Positions 1 through 11,674 are shown, counted from the stretch's first letter. The stretch is 64,000 nt of DNA from Pirellulales bacterium (GCA_963733035.1 CAVTBU010000005.1:1440001-1504000); one strand, 5' to 3'. Made by a program: numbers and translations. The notes: generated from the sequence alone by a model not told the origin.

Positions 1-1641
1 CAGATCGAGCATCACACCGTTAATCCCACGCGAGTAGCTAGAAATGTTGCCGAACGTGGAGATATTTAAGGTTCCTGGCAGGTAGGCCTGCTTGTCCGTT
101 GCAATGGCACCATCATCCAGCGCACTGATTTCGGCCGTATTCCCGTCGAACGTGGAGTTGTTGTAAAAGAGCTCTCGAGCAGCAACCGTCGAGGTCAACT
201 GGCTAAAATAGTCGTGCGGATAGTGCTGCGCCTGGAACACGAAATTGACGAATAATGAGTTGATGAGTGGGTCGGGAACTCCCAACGGCGGAATCGGATC
301 CTCGGGGCCCAACATCACGTCGCCGGCATAAGGATTTACGTACTTCCACACCTCCTGACCGGCGGGCGTGATTTCCGTCATATTGCCGTTAACGCCGTAT
401 GTGATAAACGTGTTGCCGTTCGGCAAGCGAATCGCCCCGGAAATGATCGCCGAAAAATTGGCCAACGGCGCTGTATACGTCCACGTCGGGCTGGCCGGTC
501 CCCAAGCCTGGCCAGTATCCAACGTGTAGTTACCGTCTGACTGGAGCGGCGGGGTGATTTCCACGACCTGCGAGAAATCCGTTCCCGGGCGGCCGACGCC
601 GTTGTTGAAAACGGTAATGTCGCCGGCGCCCGGCGCTCCATCGGGAATCCACCGGACGTCGTGCTGGTAGTAAAGCAGGCGATCGCTCGCATCGCCGCGA
701 TCGTAGGTCTGTGGATTTCCCCAACGGAAGAGCAGATCGCCGCCGTGCCCCGCGTTGCCGCCCGTATGTCCAGCTGCCTCCGCGGTCGTGGTGCTGTGGT
801 CAATGATCCAGAACTCGCTAAATTCACGCGAAGAGAGCGCGATTTGATCGAGGTCGGGGTTATAAGAAATTCCATTGGCGTGCGTCCAATCCTCGGCCTG
901 ACCGCCGCCGTCACTAAACGATGACACATAGTTGACGTTGATCAATTGCGGATTGTCTTGGACGCCGGTAGGCCCGTAGTAGTTGGACTTCGTCGGGGCA
1001 AAGTCCTGCACGAGATGATCCCAAATGTGCCATTCCCAGACGATCGTGCCGCCGCCGTTAACATAGTCGGGCTGCACTTCGACGATGTGGTCGGGGTAGA
1101 GATACCCGGCGCCCGGCAGACTCGGATCACGTCCGGCCTGTGTCGCCTCGGCTTCGCTCTTGTATTCCCAAGCAACCAACAGGATGTTGCCGTTGGGCAT
1201 AATTTCGAAATCGTGATGCGCCAAGTGTTGCGGGCTATCGTAGGCGAACTCCCAGGTCTTGTTTCCGTTCCAATCGAAGCGTTCCAGCAACCCACCGGAG
1301 CCGGCCGCATTAATGAACCCATTGCCACTCTGGCCGTGCGGAGATGCGTCGCGAATCAGGCTGCCATCCGGCAGCAGGTGGCCCAACAAGCCCGGCACGT
1401 ACTGCGAATCCCAAGAATTGACCACCTCGCCGTCTTTGTTGATCAAATAGGTCGTGTTTGCCGTATTCGGTGCGAACAAGACGTAGCCGTCGGCCGCCTC
1501 GGCATCATGAAAGAAAAGCCCTGTCGTTTGCGCGAGCATCAAGCGATCTTCGAGCGGCTCTTTGGCAAGTCGTCGTTTCGGCGCCACGCGATTAGGACGC
1601 GTCCCGCACGCCCGCCCGGTGCCGCGCTGCTTTGCACGCAT
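1..1641 (-). CDS. Secreted arylsulfotransferase (ASST)-like protein with planctomycete LEPR-XLL N-terminal motif; 3'-partial at window edge
   Basis: Not in the ORF track because it runs off the edge. Manual translation from ATG 1641 (GGAGG RBS) gives MRAKQ...KRRLAKEPLEDRLMLAQTTGLFFHDAEAADGYVLFAPNT; in-frame window edge reads STFGNISSYSRGINGVMLDL, typical of planctomycete extracellular C-terminal domains. The interior was only spot-checked. Confidence 0.8.
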   Translation of the reverse strand, partial: MRAKQRGTGRACGTRPNRVAPKRRLAKEPLEDRLMLAQTTGLFFHDAEAADGYVLFAPNTANTTYLINKDGEVVNSWDSQYVPGLLGHLLPDGSLIRDASPHGQSGNGFINAAGSGGLLERFDWNGNKTWEFAYDSPQHLAHHDFEIMPNGNILLVAWEYKSEAEATQAGRDPSLPGAGYLYPDHIVEVQPDYVNGGGTIVWEWHIWDHLVQDFAPTKSNYYGPTGVQDNPQLINVNYVSSFSDGGGQAEDWTHANGISYNPDLDQIALSSREFSEFWIIDHSTTTAEAAGHTGGNAGHGGDLLFRWGNPQTYDRGDASDRLLYYQHDVRWIPDGAPGAGDITVFNNGVGRPGTDFSQVVEITPPLQSDGNYTLDTGQAWGPASPTWTYTAPLANFSAIISGAIRLPNGNTFITYGVNGNMTEITPAGQEVWKYVNPYAGDVMLGPEDPIPPLGVPDPLINSLFVNFVFQAQHYPHDYFSQLTSTVAARELFYNNSTFDGNTAEISALDDGAIATDKQAYLPGTLNISTFGNISSYSRGINGVMLDL

Positions 1642-1796
1642 AACGATCCTCCCACGAGCCGACAATAGAATACATGGCCACCGGGCGACGAACATTCGCC
1701 CTGGCGTGCGTCATCATAGCAAGGCCCCTACCAGAGCATAAGAAAAATCCATTCGAAAGACGGGTTTTCTTGGGAGCAACAATGGGGCTCGACCGC

Positions 1797-3035
1797 TCAG
1801 TCCGAGCGCGGCGTCGAGCTTGCCAAGTCTGCTCCGCAGCGAGGGCACGCATTGACACGCCCCTGCAGCTCGGGCGGAATCTTAAGAACTGCCGGACAAT
1901 TGGGGCATTGCACGCGTCGATATCCAGCTCCCGCCAAGAATGCATCCGAAGCTTGCCGAAGACGCTGAGGTGGCGTGGTCATTTGTTCCGATGCGACGGG
2001 CGCGATTGCAGTGACCTTCTTTGTCTGTTCGAGCGTTTGCTGGCCGATCACGTGCTTGCCGGCGATCTGCTGAAACGCATGATCGTAGGCGGCGAAATCC
2101 GCGCTGCCGCCCATCGCTCGCAAGACTCGGATGCGCTCCGCGAGGGGTGGATGTGTGGAGAAGGCGCTGGAAAGACGGCGGTGCTCCCCACGATGCAGTG
2201 GCCGTACGATGTACATCGGAGCCGTCACACGGCTCTGATCCGCCTGCGGAGCTGTCGTTTGGCCCAACTTTTCCAAAGCTGATGCGAGTCCCTCTGGCCA
2301 GCGAGTAAACATTGCGCCGGAAGCATCGGCCAGATATTCGCGCCGACGCGATAACGCAAAATAGATGAGTTGTGCCAGGATCGGCGAGAGGATCAGCAGC
2401 ACGGCGGCGACCAGCATTAATATGGCCTGCGCACCACCCTGGCCTCCGCTCTGGCCGCCGCTGTCACGCGAACGACGCGCACCACCGCCAAACCACATGG
2501 CCCGCACACCGATGTCGGCCAGCAGAACGATGGCTCCCAACATAATTCCGGCGGTTGTCATCAATGCGACGTCGCGATTCTTGATATGGCCAATTTCGTG
2601 CGCGACCACGCCCTGCAATTCATCTCGATTTAGTATTTTCAGCAGCCCGATCGTCACGGCGACCGACGCTTTGTTTGGATCTCGCCCGACGGCAAAAGCA
2701 TTTGGGGCGACATCGTCCACGATAAACACCCGCGGCATCCGGGGTAGTTGCGCGGCAATTGTCATCTCTTCGACGATATTGAAGAGTTGAGGATGGTCCT
2801 GCTTTTGAATTTGCCGAGCACCAGCCATCCGCAAGAGTACGTCGTCTCCCTCCTGACGTGTGACCAGCCACATCACCAGCCAGACGACAAACGCCGCGCC
2901 GCCGCCAACCAGGGCGCCCTCCTGTTGCCCGGAAAAGAACATTCCCAGGGACATGCCGACAACGACCAGCAACACACCCATGGCGCCGACAATCAAGGCA
3001 CTTCGACGACGATTGCTCTCGATTTGCTCAAACAC
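1797..3035 (-). CDS. htpX: HtpX-like M48 zinc metalloprotease with C-terminal zinc ribbon
   Basis: N-terminal TM helices, NAFAVG, HEIGH (HExxH), SRRREYLADA, STHPP; C-terminal CPNC...CPRC; follows lemA. Confidence 0.9.
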   Translation of the reverse strand: MFEQIESNRRRSALIVGAMGVLLVVVGMSLGMFFSGQQEGALVGGGAAFVVWLVMWLVTRQEGDDVLLRMAGARQIQKQDHPQLFNIVEEMTIAAQLPRMPRVFIVDDVAPNAFAVGRDPNKASVAVTIGLLKILNRDELQGVVAHEIGHIKNRDVALMTTAGIMLGAIVLLADIGVRAMWFGGGARRSRDSGGQSGGQGGAQAILMLVAAVLLILSPILAQLIYFALSRRREYLADASGAMFTRWPEGLASALEKLGQTTAPQADQSRVTAPMYIVRPLHRGEHRRLSSAFSTHPPLAERIRVLRAMGGSADFAAYDHAFQQIAGKHVIGQQTLEQTKKVTAIAPVASEQMTTPPQRLRQASDAFLAGAGYRRVQCPNCPAVLKIPPELQGRVNACPRCGADLASSTPRSD

Positions 3036-3118
3036 CTGGGATCGATCTCCCTCGCTCCATCACGCACGTCGGCCGTTGCCGAACACAGCCTGCGTCGGGC
3101 TGGTTCCAGCGACTTGGT

Positions 3119-3676
3119 TCAGTCGAATTTGACCTGCGGCACGTCGCGCTGGGAAGCCACTTCGATCTCGAATAGTTCGGCCCGGGAAAAGCCACCGCTG
3201 ATCAGATTGGCCGGGAAAACCTCGCGGGCATTGTTGTAACGAGTGGCCGCATCATTGTAGGCCTGACGGGCAAACCCAATGCGGTTCTCAGTGCTAGCCA
3301 GTTCTTCTTGCAGCGCGAGAAAATTCTGATTCGCTTTCAATTCGGGGTATGCCTCGGCCAGCGCGAAAAGCTGTCCAAGTGCGGCTCCGAGCATTCCTTC
3401 GGCCTGTCCCGTTGCCGCCGGTCCCTTGGCCTGTACGGCTTGGTTACGAGCCTGAATCACCGCGTCGAACGTTTGTTGCTCATGCTTCGCATATCCCTTC
3501 ACCGCTTCGACGAGATTCGGAATCAGGTCATGGCGCCGCCGCAATTGCACGTCGATTTGTGCCCAGGCGTTGTCCTTTTCGTTCTTCTTGCGGACCAACC
3601 CGTTGTAGACCCCAATGAAGAACATTCCAACGACGACAGCCGCGACGATCAGCCCGACAAGAATCAACGGCGACAT
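3119..3676 (-). CDS. lemA: LemA family protein
   Basis: TM anchor, YNGLV, NAWAQIDVQLRRRHDLIPNLV, EAYPELKANQNF, ENRIGFARQAYN. Confidence 0.95.
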   Translation of the reverse strand: MSPLILVGLIVAAVVVGMFFIGVYNGLVRKKNEKDNAWAQIDVQLRRRHDLIPNLVEAVKGYAKHEQQTFDAVIQARNQAVQAKGPAATGQAEGMLGAALGQLFALAEAYPELKANQNFLALQEELASTENRIGFARQAYNDAATRYNNAREVFPANLISGGFSRAELFEIEVASQRDVPQVKFD

Positions 3677-3709
3677 GATTAAGACTCCTGTAGTAGCAGG
3701 ATTAGAATT

Positions 3710-4138
3710 CTAGCGAGCCTGATCCTCAGATGCAGACGCGGGTGCAGCAAATTGCCCCAGGAAGGCGCGTACGTCCTCCAAGCCGTTTTCACTCGGATCG
3801 AGCGAGTCGGCCAGCAGGGTGCCCAGCTCGCCTTGATCAAACCAGATTCCGTGACTTCGAGGACATTGATCTAGTATCAGGTCTCCCGAGACCGAGGGAG
3901 CCCGCACCGGCACCAGCTTGCCATCACATCGCGGGCAGGTTCGGCGCGGAACGGCACGAGGCAAACGTTCTAGTTGTGTCTCAAACTCACGAAACCGCTC
4001 GTCCGCACCGGCCAGTTCGAAAAGTTGTCCCAACTCCTGGGCATCGAACCACAGACCGCGACAGTCGGGGCAGGCATCCAATTCGATGTCCCGGTATTCC
4101 ACGATGACCAATGGTTGCCGGCAGACGGGGCAGAGCAT
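3710..4138 (-). CDS. zf-TFIIB-type double zinc-ribbon protein
   Basis: Two units: CPVC...DACPDCRGLWFDAQEL and CPRC...DQCPRSHGIWFDQGEL; operonic with lemA-htpX. Confidence 0.8.
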   Translation of the reverse strand: MLCPVCRQPLVIVEYRDIELDACPDCRGLWFDAQELGQLFELAGADERFREFETQLERLPRAVPRRTCPRCDGKLVPVRAPSVSGDLILDQCPRSHGIWFDQGELGTLLADSLDPSENGLEDVRAFLGQFAAPASASEDQAR

Positions 4139-4419
4139 TGGAACCACTTATCTGAACAGACGACACGTTGCCTCGGACGAGGATCAGGCGAGTAAGTTTA
4201 ACATCGCGGGCCATCCGACGCACGACGAGGAGGATCTGGAAACCGGAAAACCAAAGAAATGCCGTCCCACAGCAGTAAAGAAGGCATCACCATCTGTTAG
4301 AATAGACTCCAGTATGGGAGCGTAACCTTGTGACTGACCCGCTTTGGAATCGCGTGCAGCACCATCCCCGACATTCCATTTCCGTCCCGCCCGCTTCGAT
4401 CATTCCACGGCATTTTGCG

Positions 4420-6789
4420 ATGTCAGCTCGCCGCACTTTCATCTTATTCGCCTTATTCTTTTTGATGGCGAACGGTCTGCTATTCGGTGCAACGCCGTCG
4501 GTACAGTTTCATCGCGACGTACGATCGATCTTGTCGAACTACTGCTTCCGATGTCACGGACCCGACGCCGAATCACGCCAGGCCGACCTGCGACTCGATC
4601 TACGCAATGGACTATTCGGCGACGCATCGACGGGCGAGGCCGTTGTTGCACCGCAGCAGCCCGACGCGAGCGAACTGTATCGTCGTCTCACGGCCGAAGA
4701 CCCCGACCTGCGAATGCCACCAGCCGATTCGAAACTGGCGCTCAACGACCAGCAGATCGCCACGATTCGCAACTGGATTGCGACCGGCGCGCTATGGCAA
4801 GATCACTGGGCATACGTTGCACCCGTGCGGCCCACCGTGCCACAATCGCGGGGCGAAATCGCGAATCCGATCGATCGCTTCGTTCAGGATCGACTTGCCA
4901 GCGAAGATCTTACTTTCTCTCGACAGGCCGATCCGGTGACACTCGTCCGCCGCCTGTCATTCGATCTCACTGGCCTGCCCCCCAGCACGGCCGAAGTCAA
5001 AGCTTTTTGTGCAAACCCCAGCGGTGAAGCCTATGCAAGCCTCGTCGAGCGACTGCTGAATTCGCCCCAGTTTGGGGAGCGGATGGCGGTCTATTGGCTG
5101 GATCTGGTTCGATATGCCGATTCGTGCGGCTACCACAGTGATGTCCCTCAGCCGATATCTCCTTACCGCGACTACGTCATCGACGCGTTCAACGGAAACC
5201 TACCGTTCGACCAATTTACGCGAGAGCAACTCGCCGGCGACTTGTTGCCCAGCCCCACCCGAGCGCAGCAAATTGCCACGGGCTACAACCGACTCAACAA
5301 GACCACCGAGGAAGGTGGCGCTCAGGCGGGCGAATATCTGGCCAAGAGCGCGGCCGATCGGGTGCGGACCGCGTCGGGCGTGTGGATGGCAGCCACCCTC
5401 GGTTGCGCCGAGTGTCACGACCACAAGTACGATCCTTTCACGACCCATGACTTCTACAGCTTTGCCGCCTTCTTTGCCGACATCGAGGAACGTGGCGTCT
5501 ACAAATCCGGCGACCGCGAGCCGGAATTGGCGGTGCCCTCACCCCAACAAGCGGCTCGCTCGGCGGAGCTCGCGACTCGAATCACGGCCACCCGCAATCA
5601 GTTGGACGCATTGCCTGACGGAAAAACAACCGAGCGAGGCAAACTTGAGCAAGAACTCAAGACCCTGCAAGAGAGTAAGAAGAAGCTTGAAGCGTCGTTC
5701 GAGCGGACCATGATCACGGTCTCCACGACACCTCGCGAAATGCGCGTCTTGCCACGTGGCAATTGGCTCGATCCGTCGGGGGACGTCGTGCAACCAGCGA
5801 TTCCCGCCTTTCTGATTTCCGCCGTCCCAGGCAAACAACGCCTCACGCGACGTGATCTGGCCGAATGGCTCGTCGCCCGCGAAAACCCCCTCACCGCCCG
5901 CGTGTTCGTCAACCGGCTGTGGAAGTTGCTCTTCGGCGAGGGCCTGGCGCGGCAACTGGACGATTTCGGCGCTCAGGGAGAACCACCCACGCACCCGCAG
6001 CTGCTCGACTGGCTGGCGGTCGAGTTCGTCGAGTCGGGCTGGGACGTCAAGCACATGATCCGTTTGATAACCGATAGCCGTACCTACCGGCAGTCATCGG
6101 TTCCAACGACAACACTCGCCGTGCGCGATCCGCAGAACCGCCTGCTGGCTCGGCAATCGCGGTGGCGGTTGGAAGCCGAGTTCGTTCGAGATGCGGCCCT
6201 CGTGCACGGCGGCCTGCTCGTCCGCGACCTCGGCGGACCGAGTGTAAAGCCCTATCAGCCCGAGGGCTATTGGGAATTCTTGAATTTCCCGAAGCGGACT
6301 TGGAACGAGGATCGCGGGCGAAACCAATATCGCCGTGGCCTGTACACCCACTGGCAACGCACTTTCTTGCATCCCAGCTTACTGGCATTCGACGCTCCTA
6401 GCCGCGAGGAGTGCACGGCCCAGCGTGCCGTGTCCAACACACCACAAGCCGCCCTGACGCTGCTAAACGATCCGACCTACGTCGAGTGTGCTCGCAATTT
6501 CGCCGCCCGCATTCTCACGGAAGCCAGTAGCGAACAGGATGCCGATCGTATCAATTGGGCGTGGTGCGAAGCCGTGTCGCGCGAACCGCTAGCCCCAGAA
6601 CGGCAGCTGCTACTCAATCTCCTGGCCGAGAGCCGCGATCGCTTTGCAAATGAGGATTCGGCGGCGAAGGGATTGCTGAGCGTCGGTCAGACAACTAACA
6701 ACCTCAATGCGCCGTCCGCGGAACTGGCTGCTTGGACAAACGTTGCCCGGGCAATTCTGAACCTCCACGAAACGATCTCGAGGAACTGA
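4420..6789 (+). CDS. Planctomycete cytochrome c / DUF1549 / DUF1553 (PSD1) protein
   Basis: Signal peptide, CFRCHG, HWAY, NPIDRF, RRLSFDLTGLPP, WLDLVRYAD, CAECHDHKYDP, NPLTARVFVNRLW, PTHPQLLDWLA, QAALTLLND. Confidence 0.95.
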   Translation: MSARRTFILFALFFLMANGLLFGATPSVQFHRDVRSILSNYCFRCHGPDAESRQADLRLDLRNGLFGDASTGEAVVAPQQPDASELYRRLTAEDPDLRMPPADSKLALNDQQIATIRNWIATGALWQDHWAYVAPVRPTVPQSRGEIANPIDRFVQDRLASEDLTFSRQADPVTLVRRLSFDLTGLPPSTAEVKAFCANPSGEAYASLVERLLNSPQFGERMAVYWLDLVRYADSCGYHSDVPQPISPYRDYVIDAFNGNLPFDQFTREQLAGDLLPSPTRAQQIATGYNRLNKTTEEGGAQAGEYLAKSAADRVRTASGVWMAATLGCAECHDHKYDPFTTHDFYSFAAFFADIEERGVYKSGDREPELAVPSPQQAARSAELATRITATRNQLDALPDGKTTERGKLEQELKTLQESKKKLEASFERTMITVSTTPREMRVLPRGNWLDPSGDVVQPAIPAFLISAVPGKQRLTRRDLAEWLVARENPLTARVFVNRLWKLLFGEGLARQLDDFGAQGEPPTHPQLLDWLAVEFVESGWDVKHMIRLITDSRTYRQSSVPTTTLAVRDPQNRLLARQSRWRLEAEFVRDAALVHGGLLVRDLGGPSVKPYQPEGYWEFLNFPKRTWNEDRGRNQYRRGLYTHWQRTFLHPSLLAFDAPSREECTAQRAVSNTPQAALTLLNDPTYVECARNFAARILTEASSEQDADRINWAWCEAVSREPLAPERQLLLNLLAESRDRFANEDSAAKGLLSVGQTTNNLNAPSAELAAWTNVARAILNLHETISRN

Positions 6790-6792
6790 GCC

Positions 6793-8256
<1,464 letters not shown>

Positions 8257-8296
8257 GCCTGCGGAAGGCCGCGACAGGTGGCAACCCAAACTCAAG

Positions 8297-8369
<73 letters not shown>

Positions 8370-9237
8370 TTGCGGGCCGGTGATCGATGCGGCCGGCTCT
8401 CATTTTGTGAACGCATCTCATTCTACTGTGCCTCCTCAGGGGCCAAAAAGGGAGCGGCGGGGGCGGGTAACGCGTGAGCCGCTGCTCCTCCGCGAGGTAA
8501 ACGCCATGGTTCATGTCACTGCATGCGCGAGTATGCGGTAAGTGCTGGCTCGGTTTCAAGCGCGCGAGCGGGCGCGACATTTTTTCGGCGTCGCGACTGC
8601 CCTGTAGGTTGCTCGCCGAGGGGCTCGCTCGGCGGCTCGTTGGCCCGGTTCGGAATTCGCAAAGTTTTCGAGTGGCCTTTTTTCGGGCTGAAAGTTGCGC
8701 GCACTTTTCTTTTCGCCTTTTGTGACCTGAAAAATGACACCTGTAGTATTCCGCAGCTTTCGCATTTTGCCCGATATGAAACATGACGGTCCTCCGAGCG
8801 GCCCCTGTGCAGAATTGGCCGACCGTAGGCTAGCCCAGGTGCTGGCCCGATTGATAGTGGCAAAGTTGCGGAGGGGCTTAGCTGACAATCCACGGCAGGA
8901 AAAATGCGGGTGAGATGCGACGCGCAGCCGCTTCGATCGAGGGCGCGAAAGCGATTGGAATACAGCTCGCTGCCGGACCTTGGACCGTGCCAGGTACGAA
9001 GCAGACACTTCGGGATGGCGCCGACACGAGAGGGCAACCGTTGACGTCCTGACCGAGGCGAACTAATTCCCGTGTTGATTTCCGGCTGCTCGGGTTCCTC
9101 CACTGGATTCGTCCGGTCCGACATTTCGCGGTGGGCATGACCGAAGGTGTGATATAGTGGTTAGATTCGAAGCTGTCGCAGTGGCAGCCTTCGACAAGGC
9201 AGTCAAGGGCTGCCGAAATGCAAGCGAGCCTCCGGCG

Positions 9238-9884
9238 ATGTACGTGCGATTTTCGCAAGCGGCCAGAACCATCATGCAACTCGCAAACAAGGAGGCCACG
9301 CGGTCGAACCATACCAATATCAAGACGATCGACATTCTCGTCGCAATCGTGGCGACGCGGGATGACGTTGGCGCCACGTTGCTCCGCGCGTGGCATCGAC
9401 TCAAGCGAGCTCAGAAGGGAGATAGCAAGGGCTTCGGCCGCTGGCTTAGGGGACGGTACGTCTCGCGCAAAAAGTATTGTTGAAGAGGCGATTAAAGTGG
9501 CGCAAGAACTCAACTATACAGAAGTGGATTCGGCACACTTACTTTTCAGCCTTTTGAACGACCAGACTTCTCTCGCGTGTCGCACACTTGTTGGATTGGG
9601 AGCGAATCTCGACCAATTGCGGTCCGAAATCCTGGAACGTCTTCCACCTGGATCGGCATCTGAACTCGCACACAGGAAATCCTTGGAAGTGCGGCTCCAA
9701 AACCACCCGCGCGCAAGCACTCAAGCAGCGCATCGAACAGTTGCAAGACGGACTTGAAAAGTCTGTGGCAGCGATGACTTTTGAAAGGGCGGCTTCGTAT
9801 CGAGACCAGCGACAGGCATTGGAGAGGACGCTGGAAGAACTCTACGCGGAATTGAATCGAGAGGAGAATGAGAATCGTCGCTAG
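9238..9884 (+). CDS. Stand-alone Clp N-terminal (double Clp-R) domain plus UVR (UvrB/C) motif protein; two apparent frameshifts at ~9386 and ~9711
   Basis: Three overlapping frames join: MYVRFSQAARTIMQLANKEA...IDILVAI / RAKSIVEEAIKVAQELNYTEVDSAHLLFSLL / LEKSVAAMTFERAASYRDQ; both junctions lie in GCGC runs. Confidence 0.75.
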
Positions 9885-10011
9885 GCTTGAGCCGTGAGGG
9901 GCAGGAAAAAAGGGACGCGCATGTGCGTCCACTTTAATTACTCTCAATTCAGCATTCTAGCAGGTCGGACTACTGGCAGCGGTATGGGCGATAGCGGGCG
10001 ATGTTGTCCGA

Positions 10012-10500
10012 CTATGGCCTCGCCCCATCTGGAATATCGTGTTCCGCGATGAACGTTTCCCAGGCATCAGCATCACGCAAAAAGCACCAGACAATCAACT
10101 CCATTGGCTCGGGTTTTTCAAAGTGCGGGGATTCAAAGTCGACATGTGCTGGACATTCCTGGCGCACCAGAAGTTTGGAGAGTTGGTGCGATGCATCAGT
10201 CCCGCTCTTGACATGGCGAAACCGATAATGCAGTTCTCGCACCGCTCCAAGTGCCACAAGCCGCTGGCGGTGATACTTGTACTGATCGTAGCTTTCGCCG
10301 AGTATGTAACCCGCGAGGCCGTCGTGATGTACGTCCGGTGGATTCGCATACGTTTCGGTCCAGGCCCGTCGCATCCGCCACGCATGGTATCGAATTTGAA
10401 CTGGCTGCGAACACACGAAAACAATGACCGCGAGGCAGCACACACCACGAAACTCAGATAGACAAGCCGACGATTGCGTCGAGGATGAGAGGCTTCGCGC
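10012..10500 (-). CDS. Hypothetical membrane-anchored protein (start uncertain)
   Basis: 3' part of ORF 10012..10758: hydrophobic VCCLAVIVFVC followed by a plausible globular domain; the 5' part of that ORF is a transposase stub. Confidence 0.4.
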   Translation of the reverse strand, partial: ARSLSSSTQSSACLSEFRGVCCLAVIVFVCSQPVQIRYHAWRMRRAWTETYANPPDVHHDGLAGYILGESYDQYKYHRQRLVALGAVRELHYRFRHVKSGTDASHQLSKLLVRQECPAHVDFESPHFEKPEPMELIVWCFLRDADAWETFIAEHDIPDGARP

Positions 10501-10559
10501 ATGGCAACCATTATAGTGCAGCCGGGGACCCGCAACGACGCTGGCCAGAGTCGAGGCCG

Positions 10560-10758
10560 AATGGGCCACGACTCCCCGATGGTCCGTCTTCAAAAAGTTC
10601 TTCAGCACGAAACAGGCGAACAGTTGATGCTGCGTGAACACTTTGGGACTATTCGGACGCGTGTAGAATGGCAGCACGCGCTGTGCCGCCAACAGCGCCG
10701 TCCGCGCCACCGCCGTCGGAGATTTACTGGTGCGTGCCACAAACCCATGACGCACCAA
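10560..10758 (-). mobile_element. IS transposase N-terminal remnant (DDE, IS4/IS5-like)
   Basis: TSKSPTAVARTALLAAQRVLPFYTRPNSPKVFTQHQLFACFVLKNFLKTDHRGVVAH resembles the SPKKFTQxQLFACLVLK...DYRG N-terminus of planctomycete transposases; no catalytic domain follows. Confidence 0.65.
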
Positions 10759-10905
10759 ACTGAGCTAGCCGGCTAAGCCAGCAGAGGAGTTTTCTTTGGA
10801 GCCTTCGCGTCGCCTTTAGTTACTCCAAGTAGCCCCCTGCGGCTGTAAGTGAAGTTTGAGCAGAGATTGCCCGTAAGCGAGATCACGACAAAGCCCGGTT
10901 AGCAA

Positions 10906-11370
10906 TTGTCGGGCCTACGGTTGCGCGGACGGCGGGCGTCGGTGCGGAAAATGGGGAGGACGTTATCGGTGAAAAAAGGCGGCTTTCATGTTAAGTCGTT
11001 TCGGTTGAGGACCGAGGACGGGATTATTATACGACGGTTTTTTCGTGAACATCGCAAACTGAAGCTGGCTCAATTGCTTGTATTCCTGGCGACAATGGCA
11101 GCTTTTGTGGCGACCGCGAATTTTATGGCTGCGGTAACGCCCGACCAAGCTCTTGCGGAGTACAAGCAGCCACTACCGGCCGGCTGGACCGCGGGCGTAT
11201 GGAATCACGACCATTATTTCAGGTGGTGGACCATATCCGAACGTCCGATTCTGTTCGGGTTGTCTGTACTCACCCTCGTCATAGGAGTTCTGTTCCTCTG
11301 GAGTTCTCTCGTATTGCTTTGGTGGAAAGCAAGAGCAAGCCAACCACCTCCGATCGGGGGTGAATTGTAG
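10906..11370 (+). CDS. Hypothetical two-TM membrane protein; stop codon supplied by the adjacent intron end
   Basis: Two hydrophobic segments; start uncertain; TAG at 11368-11370 lies inside the intron terminal sequence. Confidence 0.4.
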   Translation: MSGLRLRGRRASVRKMGRTLSVKKGGFHVKSFRLRTEDGIIIRRFFREHRKLKLAQLLVFLATMAAFVATANFMAAVTPDQALAEYKQPLPAGWTAGVWNHDHYFRWWTISERPILFGLSVLTLVIGVLFLWSSLVLLWWKARASQPPPIGGEL

Positions 11371-11674
11371 AGTCGAGAAGTGGCGCGGTGGTTTAGGTTG
11401 GGCCTATCTGTTTCCGGCTCTTTCGTTTGCCGCTGCCTCACTTGCCTGACCGTGCTCCGTTTCCACTTCCCGCTCATCGAACCGGACGGGCGGACTTCCC
11501 GCATCCGGCTCTCGGACATGGTGGTCATGCGTTCGCCCACGCGGGACTTTGCCGGAATGCACGCAGTTGGACAGCCCCAATTGCTGGTACAGCTGCGGGT
11601 CGGGAAAGCGCAGGTACCTTCCACGCTGCACCTTGTGTTTCCGCCAAAGCCACTGGCGGAGCCGGCGCGTGATC
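11367..11674 (-). mobile_element. 5'-truncated group II intron: end of maturase ORF plus domains V and VI
   Basis: Minus strand: RRLRQWLWRKHKVQRGRYLRFPDPQLYQQLGL (maturase X-domain end); D5 GAGCCGGATGCGGGAAGTCCGCCCGTCCGGTTC (11479-11512); D6 GATGAGCGGGAAGTGG...CCACTTCTCGACTCTAC ending in AC. Confidence 0.9.

Noticed and set aside
8400..9200. Short overlapping ORFs upstream of tRNA-Arg
   Set aside because: No consistent frame, RBS or motif; probably promoter or decayed sequence.
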